From assembly GCA_003221825.1 (NCBI GenBank), contig QHUE01000164.1, positions 1 through 32,100 on the forward strand: a DNA stretch of 32,100 bases, read 5' to 3'. Each line of letters begins with the position of its first letter. The first letter of the stretch is position 1. The notes under the pieces are model-generated. The model had not been told where the DNA came from. It was given only the letters and a program-made list of their open reading frames with translations, and searched no databases. Positions 1 through 9,046 of the stretch are shown here, piece by piece. A program made the translations under genes and the position numbers. Source of the DNA: Gemmatimonadota bacterium (GTDB lineage: Bacteria > Gemmatimonadota > Gemmatimonadetes > Gemmatimonadales > GWC2-71-9).

Positions 1-1
1 C

Positions 2-181
2 GGGATCGAGATCGTGTGGTCCACAGGGTTTAGTGGTCTTACAATGCGTTTGCAAACAGCCGACAGCGGGGCGACTCTCACAGGCCAGGCAGAAACGTTC
101 TGGGACTTCCCCCGGGAGGTCCAACGGGCGCCCGTGCAGGCGAAACGGGTCGAGTGTCAAGAACTCGACACAGCGAGGTGA
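2..181 (+). CDS. C-terminal part of hypothetical protein (5' end outside window)
   Basis: Open frame 2 reads GIEIVWSTGFSGLTMRLQ...ETFWDFPREVQRAPVQAKRVECQELDTAR to TGA 179-181. Not in the ORF track; read manually. Confidence 0.5.
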   Translation, partial: GIEIVWSTGFSGLTMRLQTADSGATLTGQAETFWDFPREVQRAPVQAKRVECQELDTAR

Positions 182-186
182 GGAAC

Positions 187-384
187 ATGGACCCTGCCGC
201 CCAACCCGTTGCCGCCGCCCGTGGCGTTCGGATTCTTCATGCGGCGCTCGCCATTGGATTGTGCGTCGTCGCCGGCACGTTCGTCTTGGTGCTCCGGAGC
301 CTGGGGCCGTCCCTGCCCAACACGCCCCTCATCGGCTACGCCACCGCCGGGCTTCGCGACTCGAGGGCGATGCGATTTGAATGA
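187..384 (+). CDS. Small membrane protein, probably C-terminally truncated
   Basis: GAGG just upstream of ATG 187. One hydrophobic helix (ILHAALAIGLCVVAGTFVLVL); a second helix breaks off at YATAGL. Confidence 0.45.
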   Translation: MDPAAQPVAAARGVRILHAALAIGLCVVAGTFVLVLRSLGPSLPNTPLIGYATAGLRDSRAMRFE

Positions 385-724
385 CTCCGTACGACGCGCG
401 CTGAACATCGCCGCGATCTTCGTGCTCGTCCTCGGTGTCAGCGTGGTGGCGCTGCTTTATTGGTTCGGACATGGAGAATTGCGCGATGCGGCACGCGCAT
501 CACTCAAGGTCGACTTGCGCAATCTCGGCGTCGCGGAATCGCTGTATTTCGCGCAGCATCACACCTACACCGCCGTCCTCACTGAGCTGGCAGACTTTCA
601 TCCTCGCAGCAATGTATCGGTCGAACTGGCCGACTCGACCGGCTGGGAAGCCACCGCGGTCGAAACGAGACATGCGCAGGTGTGCACGTTTGGCTCCGGG
701 GACGTGACGGTGAAATGTCAGTGA
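377..724 (+). CDS. Membrane-anchored type IV pilin-like protein
   Basis: Probable TTG start. TM helix, then LKVDLRNLGVAESLYFAQHHTY (pilin alpha-1C-like), GWEATA and a C-terminal Cys pair. No class III signal cleavage site. Confidence 0.5.
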   Translation: MNDSVRRALNIAAIFVLVLGVSVVALLYWFGHGELRDAARASLKVDLRNLGVAESLYFAQHHTYTAVLTELADFHPRSNVSVELADSTGWEATAVETRHAQVCTFGSGDVTVKCQ

Positions 725-891
725 GGAGGATCGTGAGGCACGCATGGTCGTTGGCGGCAGCCGGACTCGCTCTCACGCTCGGCTCAACCCGCCGGGCGGC
801 GCATTCGTCGCGCTGGCGATCGATCTCGAGGTCGCTCTGCGGACCACCATCGCCCCACCCCATCGACATCGCCTACCGCGGAAAACGCCGC

Positions 892-1084
892 TATTATGGA
901 AATGGGAGACGGAAGCGGTCTCGGACGCGTATACGTCCGCTGGTCCCGCGTGTTGCCATCCCAACTGGTCACCAGGGTTCGACTCCCATCTTGTTCTGCC
1001 TTAAGGGTCCAGCGGTGAGACCGCATCCCTCGCCCGGCCCTGCAGGCTCACGCCTCCGCTGAGCGCGGGAGGGCCCTTAAGGTG
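892..1084 (+). promoter_or_regulatory. Putative -10 element (TATTAT 892-897) followed by a structured cis-regulatory 5' leader of the SPFH gene
   Basis: Complementary segments: 902-908/983-989, 915-922/1017-1024, 922-927/934-939, 937-947/1005-1015, 999-1010/1071-1082, 1046-1050/1060-1064. Confidence 0.6.
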
Positions 1085-1879
1085 GAACTCATTCTCGCAA
1101 TTGCAGGCGCCTTCTTCCTGTACCTTCTGTGGCGTACACAGCTTGCGTCCATCACGGTCTTCGAATACGAGCGCGGCCTCCGCTTCGTGCGCGGCCGCCT
1201 GCGGAGCGAATTGGGGCCCGGCCTCTACCGATACTTGCGCGCGTACACGGTCATCCGGAAGGTCGACACGCGGCCGGTGCAGCTGCCCGTGAATGGGCAG
1301 GAAGTATTGAGTAAAGACGGCGTAGCGGTGAAGGTAAGCCTGTCTGCCGGCTATCGCGTGACGGATGCGCGGGCCGCCACGCTCAACGCCGACAACTACA
1401 TAACCGCGCTGTACACGGAACTGCAGCAGGCGCTACGCGCTGCCGTGTCCGCAACCGAAGTCGAGACGTTGCTACAGAATCGTGCGGAGTTGGGCCCGCA
1501 GATTCTGCGGACCTGTCAACCCGCCGCTGAGCGACTGGGCCTCGTGCTCGAGCGGTTAGCGATCCGCGATCTGACGTTGCCGGGTGATCTCAAGAAGATC
1601 TTTGCGCAGGTTGTGAAAGCGCGGCAGGAGGGACTCGCGGCGCTCGAGCGCGCCCGCGGTGAAACTGCGGCGCTCCGCAATCTCGCCAACGCCGCGCAGA
1701 TGGTGCAGCGCAATCCTCAGCTGCTGCAGCTGCGGCTGCTGCAGGTGGCCGGGCAGCAGACCGGGACGACTCTCGTTATCGGCATGCCGCAAGGCGCCAC
1801 GCCGATTCCGCTCCGCGAAGGCGCTGCGGATGTCGAGGCTCTACCGACCGAAGGGCAAACCGATAAGCCTGCTGAGTAG
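1082..1879 (+). CDS. SPFH/Band 7 (slipin/stomatin-like) membrane protein
   Basis: N-terminal TM; VFEYERGLRF..G, QEVLSKDGVAVKV, IRDLTLP and ERARGETAALRNLANAA..LLQLRLLQ are typical slipin motifs. SD GGGAGG 1067-1072. Confidence 0.9.
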   Translation: MELILAIAGAFFLYLLWRTQLASITVFEYERGLRFVRGRLRSELGPGLYRYLRAYTVIRKVDTRPVQLPVNGQEVLSKDGVAVKVSLSAGYRVTDARAATLNADNYITALYTELQQALRAAVSATEVETLLQNRAELGPQILRTCQPAAERLGLVLERLAIRDLTLPGDLKKIFAQVVKARQEGLAALERARGETAALRNLANAAQMVQRNPQLLQLRLLQVAGQQTGTTLVIGMPQGATPIPLREGAADVEALPTEGQTDKPAE

Positions 1880-3671
1880 GGGCCTCACCGCGGCGCTATT
1901 AATCATCGCGGCCGCTGCCCGGGCGCACGCGCTGCAGCAGCGCACCTACGCCAATCCCATCGACATCGACTACCGCTACAACTTCGAGCAGCACAACGAG
2001 GGCATCTCGTATCGTTCCGGCGCCGACCCGGTGATCGTGGTGCAGCGCGGCAAATACTATCTCTTCGAAACGATCGGCGACGGTTACTGGGAGTCCTCGG
2101 ACCTCGGTACGTGGCGTCACATCACGCCATCGCGCTGGCCGCTGACCGACGTCGTCGCGCCCGCGGTGCTGGCGGTGCGCGATACGATCTATCTCCTGCC
2201 GAGCACGACGAGTCCGCTGCCGATCCTGATGCTCACCGAGCCGGCGACCGGCCGCGTCGAGTTCTACAATCGGCTGTTGCCCTGGCTGCCCATGGCGCGG
2301 GCACGCGAGGCCAACGTCCTGGCAAAGCCCGATTCCGTGCAGCCCGGTCCCTGGGATCCGCAGTTCTTCTACGATCCTGACACCGATCGCTGGTTTCTCT
2401 ATTGGAATTCGTCGAACGCGTACCCGCTGCACGTCATCGAGCTCGATAAGAGCAGGCAGCTCGCATATAAAGGAACGCCCAAGTGGCTGTTCGGTCTCGA
2501 TCCGGCGCAGCATGGCTGGGAGCGCTTCGGCCAGGACCATCGGGATTCGACCATCAAGCCGTTCATCGAAGGCTCCTGGATGACGAAGCACGGCGGCCGC
2601 TATTACCTCCAATACGGCGCCCCCGGTACGGAGTACAACGTCTACTCGACCGGCGTCTACACCGCCGACGATCCGCTCGGCCCATTCACGTATGCGCCCT
2701 ACAATCCCGTGGCGTACAAGCCGGGTGGATTCGTGCAGGGCGCCGGGCACGGGAACACCTTCCAGGATGTCTACGGCAACTGGTGGAACACCGGCACGCC
2801 GTGGATCGCCGTGAACTGGAATTTCGAACGCCGCATCGGACTGCATCCCGCGGCCTTTGACGCCGCCGGGCAGCTGCACGTGGACACGCGGTTTGGCGAC
2901 TTCCCGCACTGGCTGCCGACCAGGCCCGGGCAGTCGAGCGACGACCTCTTCACCGGCTGGATGCTCCTGTCATATCGGAAGACCGCCACGGCGTCGTCGG
3001 CACTCGACAGCTTCCCGCCGAACGGAGTCACGGACGAGAATCCTCGCACGTTCTGGGTGGCGCGTCAGAATCGGCCCGGCGAGTGGCTCTCGATTGATTT
3101 GGGCGGGACGTACGACGTCAAAGCGATTCAGGTGAATTACGCCGACTACAAGTCTGGTCTCTACAGCACCGACTCGACCGTCGTCACGCGGTTTCGGCTC
3201 CAGGCGTCACTGGATGGGCGCGAGTGGGCCGCCGTCGCGGACCTCTCGGGCGAGCAGCGCGATCGTCCCAACGCCTACATCGAGATGACGATGCCGGTGC
3301 GCGCGCGCTTCGTGCGCTACGAGCACATCCACGTGGGTGCCGCGAATCTCGCGATCAGCGATATCCGCGTGTTTGGCACGCGTTGGGGCGGTGGTCCGCG
3401 TCCGGCGACGCCGGCGGGACTCACCGCGCGGCGTGATCGTGACGCTCGCAACGCCGTGATTACCTGGAAACCGGTCGCCGGTGTCGTTGGCTACAACGTA
3501 CGCTGGGGCATCGCGCCGGCGAAGTTGTACCAGACCTACCAACGCTTCGCCGATCAGGGCACGACGCTGGAGCTGCGCGCGCTGACGGTGGGGCAGGGGT
3601 ACTGGGTGGCAGTCGAGAGCTTCGATGAGAACGGTGTTTCAGCACTGAGCGCGGTGACGCCGATTCGTTAG
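1869..3671 (+). CDS. Secreted family 43 glycoside hydrolase with F5/8 type C (CBM32) and Fn3 domains; start approximate (CTG)
   Basis: Signal peptide (GLTAALLIIAAAARAHA); GH43 motifs SGADPVI, WDP, IEGSWM, GAGHG; discoidin motif DENPRTFW...ARFVRY; Fn3-like C-terminus. Confidence 0.85.
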   Translation: MLSRGLTAALLIIAAAARAHALQQRTYANPIDIDYRYNFEQHNEGISYRSGADPVIVVQRGKYYLFETIGDGYWESSDLGTWRHITPSRWPLTDVVAPAVLAVRDTIYLLPSTTSPLPILMLTEPATGRVEFYNRLLPWLPMARAREANVLAKPDSVQPGPWDPQFFYDPDTDRWFLYWNSSNAYPLHVIELDKSRQLAYKGTPKWLFGLDPAQHGWERFGQDHRDSTIKPFIEGSWMTKHGGRYYLQYGAPGTEYNVYSTGVYTADDPLGPFTYAPYNPVAYKPGGFVQGAGHGNTFQDVYGNWWNTGTPWIAVNWNFERRIGLHPAAFDAAGQLHVDTRFGDFPHWLPTRPGQSSDDLFTGWMLLSYRKTATASSALDSFPPNGVTDENPRTFWVARQNRPGEWLSIDLGGTYDVKAIQVNYADYKSGLYSTDSTVVTRFRLQASLDGREWAAVADLSGEQRDRPNAYIEMTMPVRARFVRYEHIHVGAANLAISDIRVFGTRWGGGPRPATPAGLTARRDRDARNAVITWKPVAGVVGYNVRWGIAPAKLYQTYQRFADQGTTLELRALTVGQGYWVAVESFDENGVSALSAVTPIR

Positions 3672-3701
3672 ACTTGGAAGTCCCGAGGAGGCTCGCGAAA
3701 C

Positions 3702-3950
3702 GTGTTTTTGATTCCCAGCTGGGCGCTCGGCGCGGCGGTCATCCTCATCGCGATTCAGGTCGGGCGGGCGATCTCAGGCCGATATCCGCGTTACCGTCGC
3801 GGCGGGCCGGAACAATCGGACACCGACGTGGCCGAGCTGCGGCAAAGCCTCGATGCGATGCAGACCCGCGTCAGCGAGCTCGAGGAACGTGTGGATTTCG
3901 CGGAACGGCTGCTAGCCAAGCAGCGCGACTCCGATCGGCTGGGTGCGTAA
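3702..3950 (+). CDS. Small single-TM protein with C-terminal coiled coil
   Basis: SD GAGGAGG upstream; TM then LRQSLDAMQTRVSELEERVDFAERLL. Confidence 0.75.
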   Translation: MFLIPSWALGAAVILIAIQVGRAISGRYPRYRRGGPEQSDTDVAELRQSLDAMQTRVSELEERVDFAERLLAKQRDSDRLGA

Positions 3951-3954
3951 ACGA

Positions 3955-4410
3955 ATGGCCGGATCGAAGAGCAGAGTCTGGCTCATCGTGGGAATGATCG
4001 TCACGCTGGCGGCGGCCGGGTCCTGGGCCGGCTATCGCTGGCTACAGGGCGCTGTCGCCGGCTTGATGGTTGAGGGCCGCAAGAGGTACGAAGAAGGGAC
4101 GCGCCTGGGGAGCTCGCTCACCGCCACGGGGTGTCTCGACACGGCGTTTGCGCGCCACGCGCGCGCGCCGACCGCGTCGATGAGTGGGCAAATCAATGAA
4201 GGGGTCTTCCTCGAAGCGTGTCTGCGGGTGAGCACGCCATCCGGTGTCTGCGACAGCATCCCTCCGACCGACAACCTGAAGGAGATTATGCGTTTTTCGG
4301 TGTGGAGCGTCCAGCAATGCCGCGCGCGCGGACTCGAAGACCGAAGTTGCCCACGCTTGCTGCAGGCAGTTGCGAATGATTGCCGCCGGCGGAAAGCAGG
4401 AGGCGGCTAG
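3955..4410 (+). CDS. Hypothetical membrane-anchored protein with 6-Cys extracytoplasmic domain
   Basis: ATG 3955 directly after the previous stop; N-terminal TM; six spaced cysteines. Confidence 0.65.
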   Translation: MAGSKSRVWLIVGMIVTLAAAGSWAGYRWLQGAVAGLMVEGRKRYEEGTRLGSSLTATGCLDTAFARHARAPTASMSGQINEGVFLEACLRVSTPSGVCDSIPPTDNLKEIMRFSVWSVQQCRARGLEDRSCPRLLQAVANDCRRRKAGGG

Positions 4411-4412
4411 GA

Positions 4413-5662
4413 CTATCGCGGCAGATTGAGACTCTTCAAGTAATCGGTGACGACGTAGGCGGGCACGCCGAAGATGATCTTGCCGTTCGATTCGCGCTCA
4501 CCGCCGTACAGCACGGCGATCACTCTCCCGTCGCGATCGAAGATGGGACTCCCTGACGACCCCGGCGCGCCGTAAGCGTCCACTTGATCAACACGCGGAA
4601 CACGCCGACGTCCGCCTCGGGCGAGACGCCGATCAGCTCAGCGCGCCAGAATTGCGTGCTGCCCGAGAAAATCACCCCCAGGCGGCGCGGCGTCTTGGTG
4701 CCGTCCTCGCCCGCAAGAATGTGCTTGTTCGTAACCATCGTGCCCATCGAGTCGACCGCGAACGCCGTTCCACTGAAGCGCTCACCGTCTGTGTACTCGA
4801 CGAGGACGATGGCGACCGCATCCTGATTGCGGTGCGAGATCGCGCGGTAATCGACGCCGCTCGCCCCGGCCAGCGCCCGCTGCCGCCGCTCGGCGACGTC
4901 CAGCTCCGTGCGCAGCCGGGCGACCGACGACGCGTCGCCCCCTGAGGCACCCAGCTCGCGCCGGAGCCGCGCGGTCTCGTCCTGCGACGCCTTCAGCGCG
5001 TCGCGGACGCCTTGCAGCTCGGTCTGGAAGTGCGACGTCAACGCGCGCGATTCGCGCATGAGGCTGTCGGCGCGCAGCTGCAGACGCAGCAGCTCGTTCG
5101 CGCGCCGCCGGCCGTCCCACTGCATCCAGGTGAAGCCGGTGCCCACGATGAGCAACAGCACAATCAGCACCTTGGTGGTCCGCCGGAGCTGCGCTGTCTG
5201 CCGCGCGACTTCGACCGCGATGCGGACACCGGTGCTCTGGCGCGGGGCGCTCGCCCGGGGCGGCGCGGGCGCCGCATGATAGATCTCGCGCGGCGACGAC
5301 GCCCGCTCCGCCAGACCCTCGGCGGCCGTCGTCGCCGGAAGATCGGCATCCGCTTCGACGACGTCGAACTCGAGCGCCGGCCCGTTCGCGCCGAACCCGA
5401 TGACGTCGCCCCCCTTCAGCAGCGTGTCGCCGGTGATGCGCGTCCCGTTCACGAACGTCCCGTTGCGGCTGCCCAGATCCTGGAGGACGAAGCCCTCGGT
5501 CTTGCGCACGATGGCGGCATGGCGCGACGAGACGTCGAGATCGCGCTCGGCGTCGAAGCGCACGTCCGATAGCGGATGGCGGCCAAGGCCGATGTAGCCC
5601 TTGCGGAACGCTTCGATCTGCCCCGCGCGGGCTCCGGAGAGAAACTTGAACTGGGCTTTCAC
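4413..5662 (-). CDS. FHA-TM-coiled-coil-trypsin-like serine protease; interrupted by deletion/frameshift at ~4585
   Basis: FHA motifs GR..SSRHA..DLGSRNGT; TM; triad His (TNKHIL) and Asp (EADVG). The Ser motif QVDAYGAPGSSGSPIFD lies in another frame, which ends at TAG 4413-4415. Confidence 0.85.
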
Positions 5663-6696
5663 TTATTCCGGATGAAGTACCAGAGCAGTGCGGCGGCGAC
5701 CGCGATCAGCGCGAGCACGACTGCCCGCGTCTGTTTCTGACTCTCTTTGTTGGGCACCGGCGGGCGGCTGCCCTTGTAGACAGGGACCGGCTCCGTACTG
5801 GTCTCGGTGTCGATCAGTGGATAGACCTGATGCCCGACGTCGTCCTGCTGGTCGACGCCCGAAGAGCGCAGGCCGTCGCCGTCGAAGCGCGCGATGACCA
5901 CCGTGATGTTGTCGGGGCCGCCGCGCTCGTTGGCGAGCGCGATCAGCTTGTCACACGCCGCGCTCAGGTCGGGCGTCTGGCTCACGATCTCGGCGATCTC
6001 TTCCTTCTTGACCTGGCCCGAAAGCCCATCGGAGCAGAGCACCAGGATGTCGCCGCGGCGCACCTCCTGATGGGTGAGATCGACCTTGACCTTGGGATCG
6101 GGGCCGAGCGCCTGCAGGATGATGTTGCGGCGCTCGCTCTGCGCCGCTTCTTCTTCCGTCAGCTCACCCGCTTCGACCAGCCGCTGCATGAGCGACTGAT
6201 CCTTCGTGATCTGATGCGCCTGGCCGCCGCGAATCAGATAGGCACGGCTGTCGCCGACCTGGGTGAGATAGAGATGATCGTTCAGCACCCCGGCTGCGGT
6301 CGTCGTCGTGCCCATGCCACGCACTTCGGGGTGGGCCTTGGCGTGCGAGTGAATGCTCGCGTTGGCCACCTCGACGGCTTCTTTCAGCCGGTACGCGAAG
6401 CGCTGCGGCGTCACCTCGTCCTCGGCATTCCACGTCTTCACGAGGTGTGCGTAGATCGTGTCGGTCGCCATCTCGCTCGCCAACTCGCCGGCCGCCGCGC
6501 CGCCCATGCCGTCGGCGACCACGAGCAGCGTGCCGCGCGGGCCGATGTCGTGGTGACGCACGTCCGGCTGCAGCGACGCCGCCTTGCGCGTCAGGTCCGC
6601 GACGAGGAAACGATCCTCGTTGTGGTCGCGCGTGCGTCCCAGATCGGTCTTGCCGAAGACCTCGACGCGGACGGGCTTGGAAGAGCGGCCGAACAT
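5659..6696 (-). CDS. PP2C-type (Stp1/PrpC-like) Ser/Thr phosphatase with C-terminal TM anchor
   Basis: TDLGRTRDHNED, VADGMGG, VGDSRAY, LCSDGL, GGPDNIT; C-terminal hydrophobic helix. Start probably ATG 6696. Confidence 0.92.
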   Translation of the reverse strand: MFGRSSKPVRVEVFGKTDLGRTRDHNEDRFLVADLTRKAASLQPDVRHHDIGPRGTLLVVADGMGGAAAGELASEMATDTIYAHLVKTWNAEDEVTPQRFAYRLKEAVEVANASIHSHAKAHPEVRGMGTTTTAAGVLNDHLYLTQVGDSRAYLIRGGQAHQITKDQSLMQRLVEAGELTEEEAAQSERRNIILQALGPDPKVKVDLTHQEVRRGDILVLCSDGLSGQVKKEEIAEIVSQTPDLSAACDKLIALANERGGPDNITVVIARFDGDGLRSSGVDQQDDVGHQVYPLIDTETSTEPVPVYKGSRPPVPNKESQKQTRAVVLALIAVAAALLWYFIRNK

Positions 6697-6701
6697 GGCT
6701 G

Positions 6702-8282
6702 TCAGGACCCGCACGATTGATCGCGTTTGAATTTCAAGTAGTTGCCGTTCTCGGGTTTCAGCTGCAGCGCTTTCGCGTTCCACGCGCAGGCTTGGTCGTT
6801 TCGCGATTCCTGGAAGAATGCCTGCGCGACCATGAATGCGGCCTGCGCTCGCAGCGTCAGCGGGTTGCGCTCATTGTCGTAAATGACCGTGGCTTGCATG
6901 CGTCCGGTGGAAAGAGTCTTGGGATCGAGAACCAGCTCCAATACGTCGCCCAGCTGCCGGTCGATCGCGGCGCTGTCCGGCACATGCGAAGCAGCCGGCG
7001 GCGGCGCGGCGGGCGGCAATGTGCCGCCGGTATGCCGAACCGCGGTGCCACCATTTTGGGGAGTCGTCTGGCTCCGTGCCGTGTCGCGCGGCACGTGCGT
7101 GGTGTCCACAGGATTGGGGGTTGCCTTGCTGCCGCCGTTTAACGCTACCCACGCCCCTCCGCCCGCCAGAATCACGACGCCGGCGATCGCGGCGGGAATA
7201 AGCGAGCGCTTCTTGGGCGCCGCCTTCTGCGCCGAGATCCGCTGGGTCGCGCCCCCCGCGGTCGTGTCGAGCAACTGCGTCTTGCTTTCGGTATCAGCCC
7301 TCGAGCGGGTGTGCGGTACCGCCCCCGCCGACGGCCGCCCCGTGACGGCAGCGATGTCGGCCGCAAACTTCGCGACGGTCTGGTATCGCTCCGCGGGGGT
7401 CCGCGCCAGCGCCGTATCGAGCACCGGCTGCAGCCCCGCGGGGAACGAGAGATCAGGCCGCGCGGCGGCGAGCGTGGTCGGCTCGTCGGTCAGCCGCTTG
7501 ATCATCGTCTCCTGCACCGTGGTCGCCTCGAACGGCAGCTTGCCGCTCAGCATCCGGTAAAACACGAGCGCCAGCGAGTAGAGATCGCTGCGGCCGTCGA
7601 GCGTGTCGCCCGACAGCTGCTCCGGGCTCATGAATTCCGGTGTCCCGACGACCAGACCTGTCTTGGTGACTTTCTGACCCGCCTCGTCGCCACCGACCGC
7701 TTTCGCGATGCCGAAGTCCACGACCTTCACGGTCTCGCCGCCGCCTTTGCGCTTGCTCAACATGATGTTGTCGGGCTTCAAATCGCGGTGCACAATGCCG
7801 AGATCGTGGGCCGCCTGGAGCGCCTCGGCAGTCTGCAGGAAGATTGCGGCGGCGCGCGGCACCGGCAGCGCCCCCTCGCGCTCGAGCAGGTCGGTCAGCG
7901 GCTCGCCCTCGATGAACTCCATCGCGAGATAAATCAACCCGTCCGGTGTCTCGCCGAAGTCGTAAATCGCGCAGACGTTGGGGTGGGTGATGCGGCTGGC
8001 GTTGGACGCCTCGCGATTGAAGCGCGCGACGGCATCGGGGTCGTGCACCATCGAGGGGTTCATCACCTTGATGGCGCTGCGCCGTCCCATTTTCACATGC
8101 TCGGCGAGATAGACCTGGCCCATGCCACCTTCGCCGAGCTTCTTCACGACGTGGTACCGATCGGCCACGACCTGGCCGACGAGATCGCTGGCCGGCGCCG
8201 CGGCCCGCAGGGTCTGCCCATCGTTGGGGCAGAACTTCACGTCATCGGCGTATTCGCTGGAGCAGACGGGGCAGATCTTCAC
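6702..8282 (-). CDS. Membrane Hanks-type Ser/Thr protein kinase with N-terminal Zn-ribbon and helical/TPR-like C-terminus
   Basis: CPVC..CPND; LGEGGMG, AIK, HRDLKPDN, DFG, GTPEFMSPEQ; TM LIPAAIAGVVILAGGGAWVAL. Confidence 0.93.
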   Translation of the reverse strand: MKICPVCSSEYADDVKFCPNDGQTLRAAAPASDLVGQVVADRYHVVKKLGEGGMGQVYLAEHVKMGRRSAIKVMNPSMVHDPDAVARFNREASNASRITHPNVCAIYDFGETPDGLIYLAMEFIEGEPLTDLLEREGALPVPRAAAIFLQTAEALQAAHDLGIVHRDLKPDNIMLSKRKGGGETVKVVDFGIAKAVGGDEAGQKVTKTGLVVGTPEFMSPEQLSGDTLDGRSDLYSLALVFYRMLSGKLPFEATTVQETMIKRLTDEPTTLAAARPDLSFPAGLQPVLDTALARTPAERYQTVAKFAADIAAVTGRPSAGAVPHTRSRADTESKTQLLDTTAGGATQRISAQKAAPKKRSLIPAAIAGVVILAGGGAWVALNGGSKATPNPVDTTHVPRDTARSQTTPQNGGTAVRHTGGTLPPAAPPPAASHVPDSAAIDRQLGDVLELVLDPKTLSTGRMQATVIYDNERNPLTLRAQAAFMVAQAFFQESRNDQACAWNAKALQLKPENGNYLKFKRDQSCGS

Positions 8283-9001
8283 AACTCTGCCGCCTCTGCC
8301 GCCCCTGGCAGTTCAACACGCAGCAGCTTGTCGCCGACCATGATCCGCGAGCCGTGGTGCAGCGTCATCACGCCGCGATCTGCGATCGCGACGCCGTTGC
8401 GGCTGTGATCGTCCACCAGCACAAAGTCCGCGTCCTCCGAGCGCACCGGCACCTGCGATCCGATCAGGATCAGGTCACCATCGGTCAGGCGGTAGGGTCC
8501 TTCGAGGAAGACCCACGTGCCGTTGCGGCTGCCGAGGTCCCGCACTTCGAGCCGCCCTTCTTCCCACGACAGCTTGGAATGGAGCGGCGAGAGAAATTGA
8601 TCTTCGGGGAAGCGGATGTCGCCCTCGGTCCGGCCGATGGTCGTGGTCGCGTGCTTGCGCTCGAACCGCGCCACTTCGGTGGCCATCTCGGAAACCAGAA
8701 CCAATGTGAGGGAGTGATCGGAGTGTTTGTCTGGAGTGAGGCGGCGGTCGCTGCCCCCTCCCGCGCCGGCCCCCCCCCCGTGCGCGCCGACCACGGATCC
8801 GCACAGGGGGCAGGGAGCATCCGCGGGGGCGCTTCGGGCCGACTCTGGCCCGCTGGTGCGGGAGACCAATCCACCTCCGCCGCCAGCGGCAACGGCTGCC
8901 CGCGCGGCCGCCGCCTTGGTCAGCGGCTTGCCGCAATCGGAGCAGAATTGCGCGCCGACGTCGTTCTGCCGGCCGCAAAATTGGCAAGCGCTCAGGGCCA
9001 T
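8279..9001 (-). CDS. Zn-ribbon + tandem FHA domain protein (second ribbon and second FHA appear internally deleted)
   Basis: CQFC..CSDC, CPLC; FHA1 IGR..LSPLHS..DLGSRNGT; only the distal half of FHA2 (DDHSRNGV..IMVG) remains. Confidence 0.8.
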   Translation of the reverse strand: MALSACQFCGRQNDVGAQFCSDCGKPLTKAAAARAAVAAGGGGGLVSRTSGPESARSAPADAPCPLCGSVVGAHGGGAGAGGGSDRRLTPDKHSDHSLTLVLVSEMATEVARFERKHATTTIGRTEGDIRFPEDQFLSPLHSKLSWEEGRLEVRDLGSRNGTWVFLEGPYRLTDGDLILIGSQVPVRSEDADFVLVDDHSRNGVAIADRGVMTLHHGSRIMVGDKLLRVELPGAAEAAEL

Positions 9002-9046
9002 AAAGTTAGGTGGCCCAATCTATTGCTCAACGCTAGCTTGCGCCAC

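Noticed and set aside
930-995. tRNA gene (GGTTCGACTCC T-loop)
   Set aside because: The T-stem has only 3 bp and there is no acceptor stem or cloverleaf. Kept only as part of the structured leader.
682-1062. ORFs 682-1062 and 744-1004
   Set aside because: A signal-like start at ~733 decays into Arg-rich or unrecognisable sequence and overlaps the structured leader. Probably a broken gene fragment; not callable.
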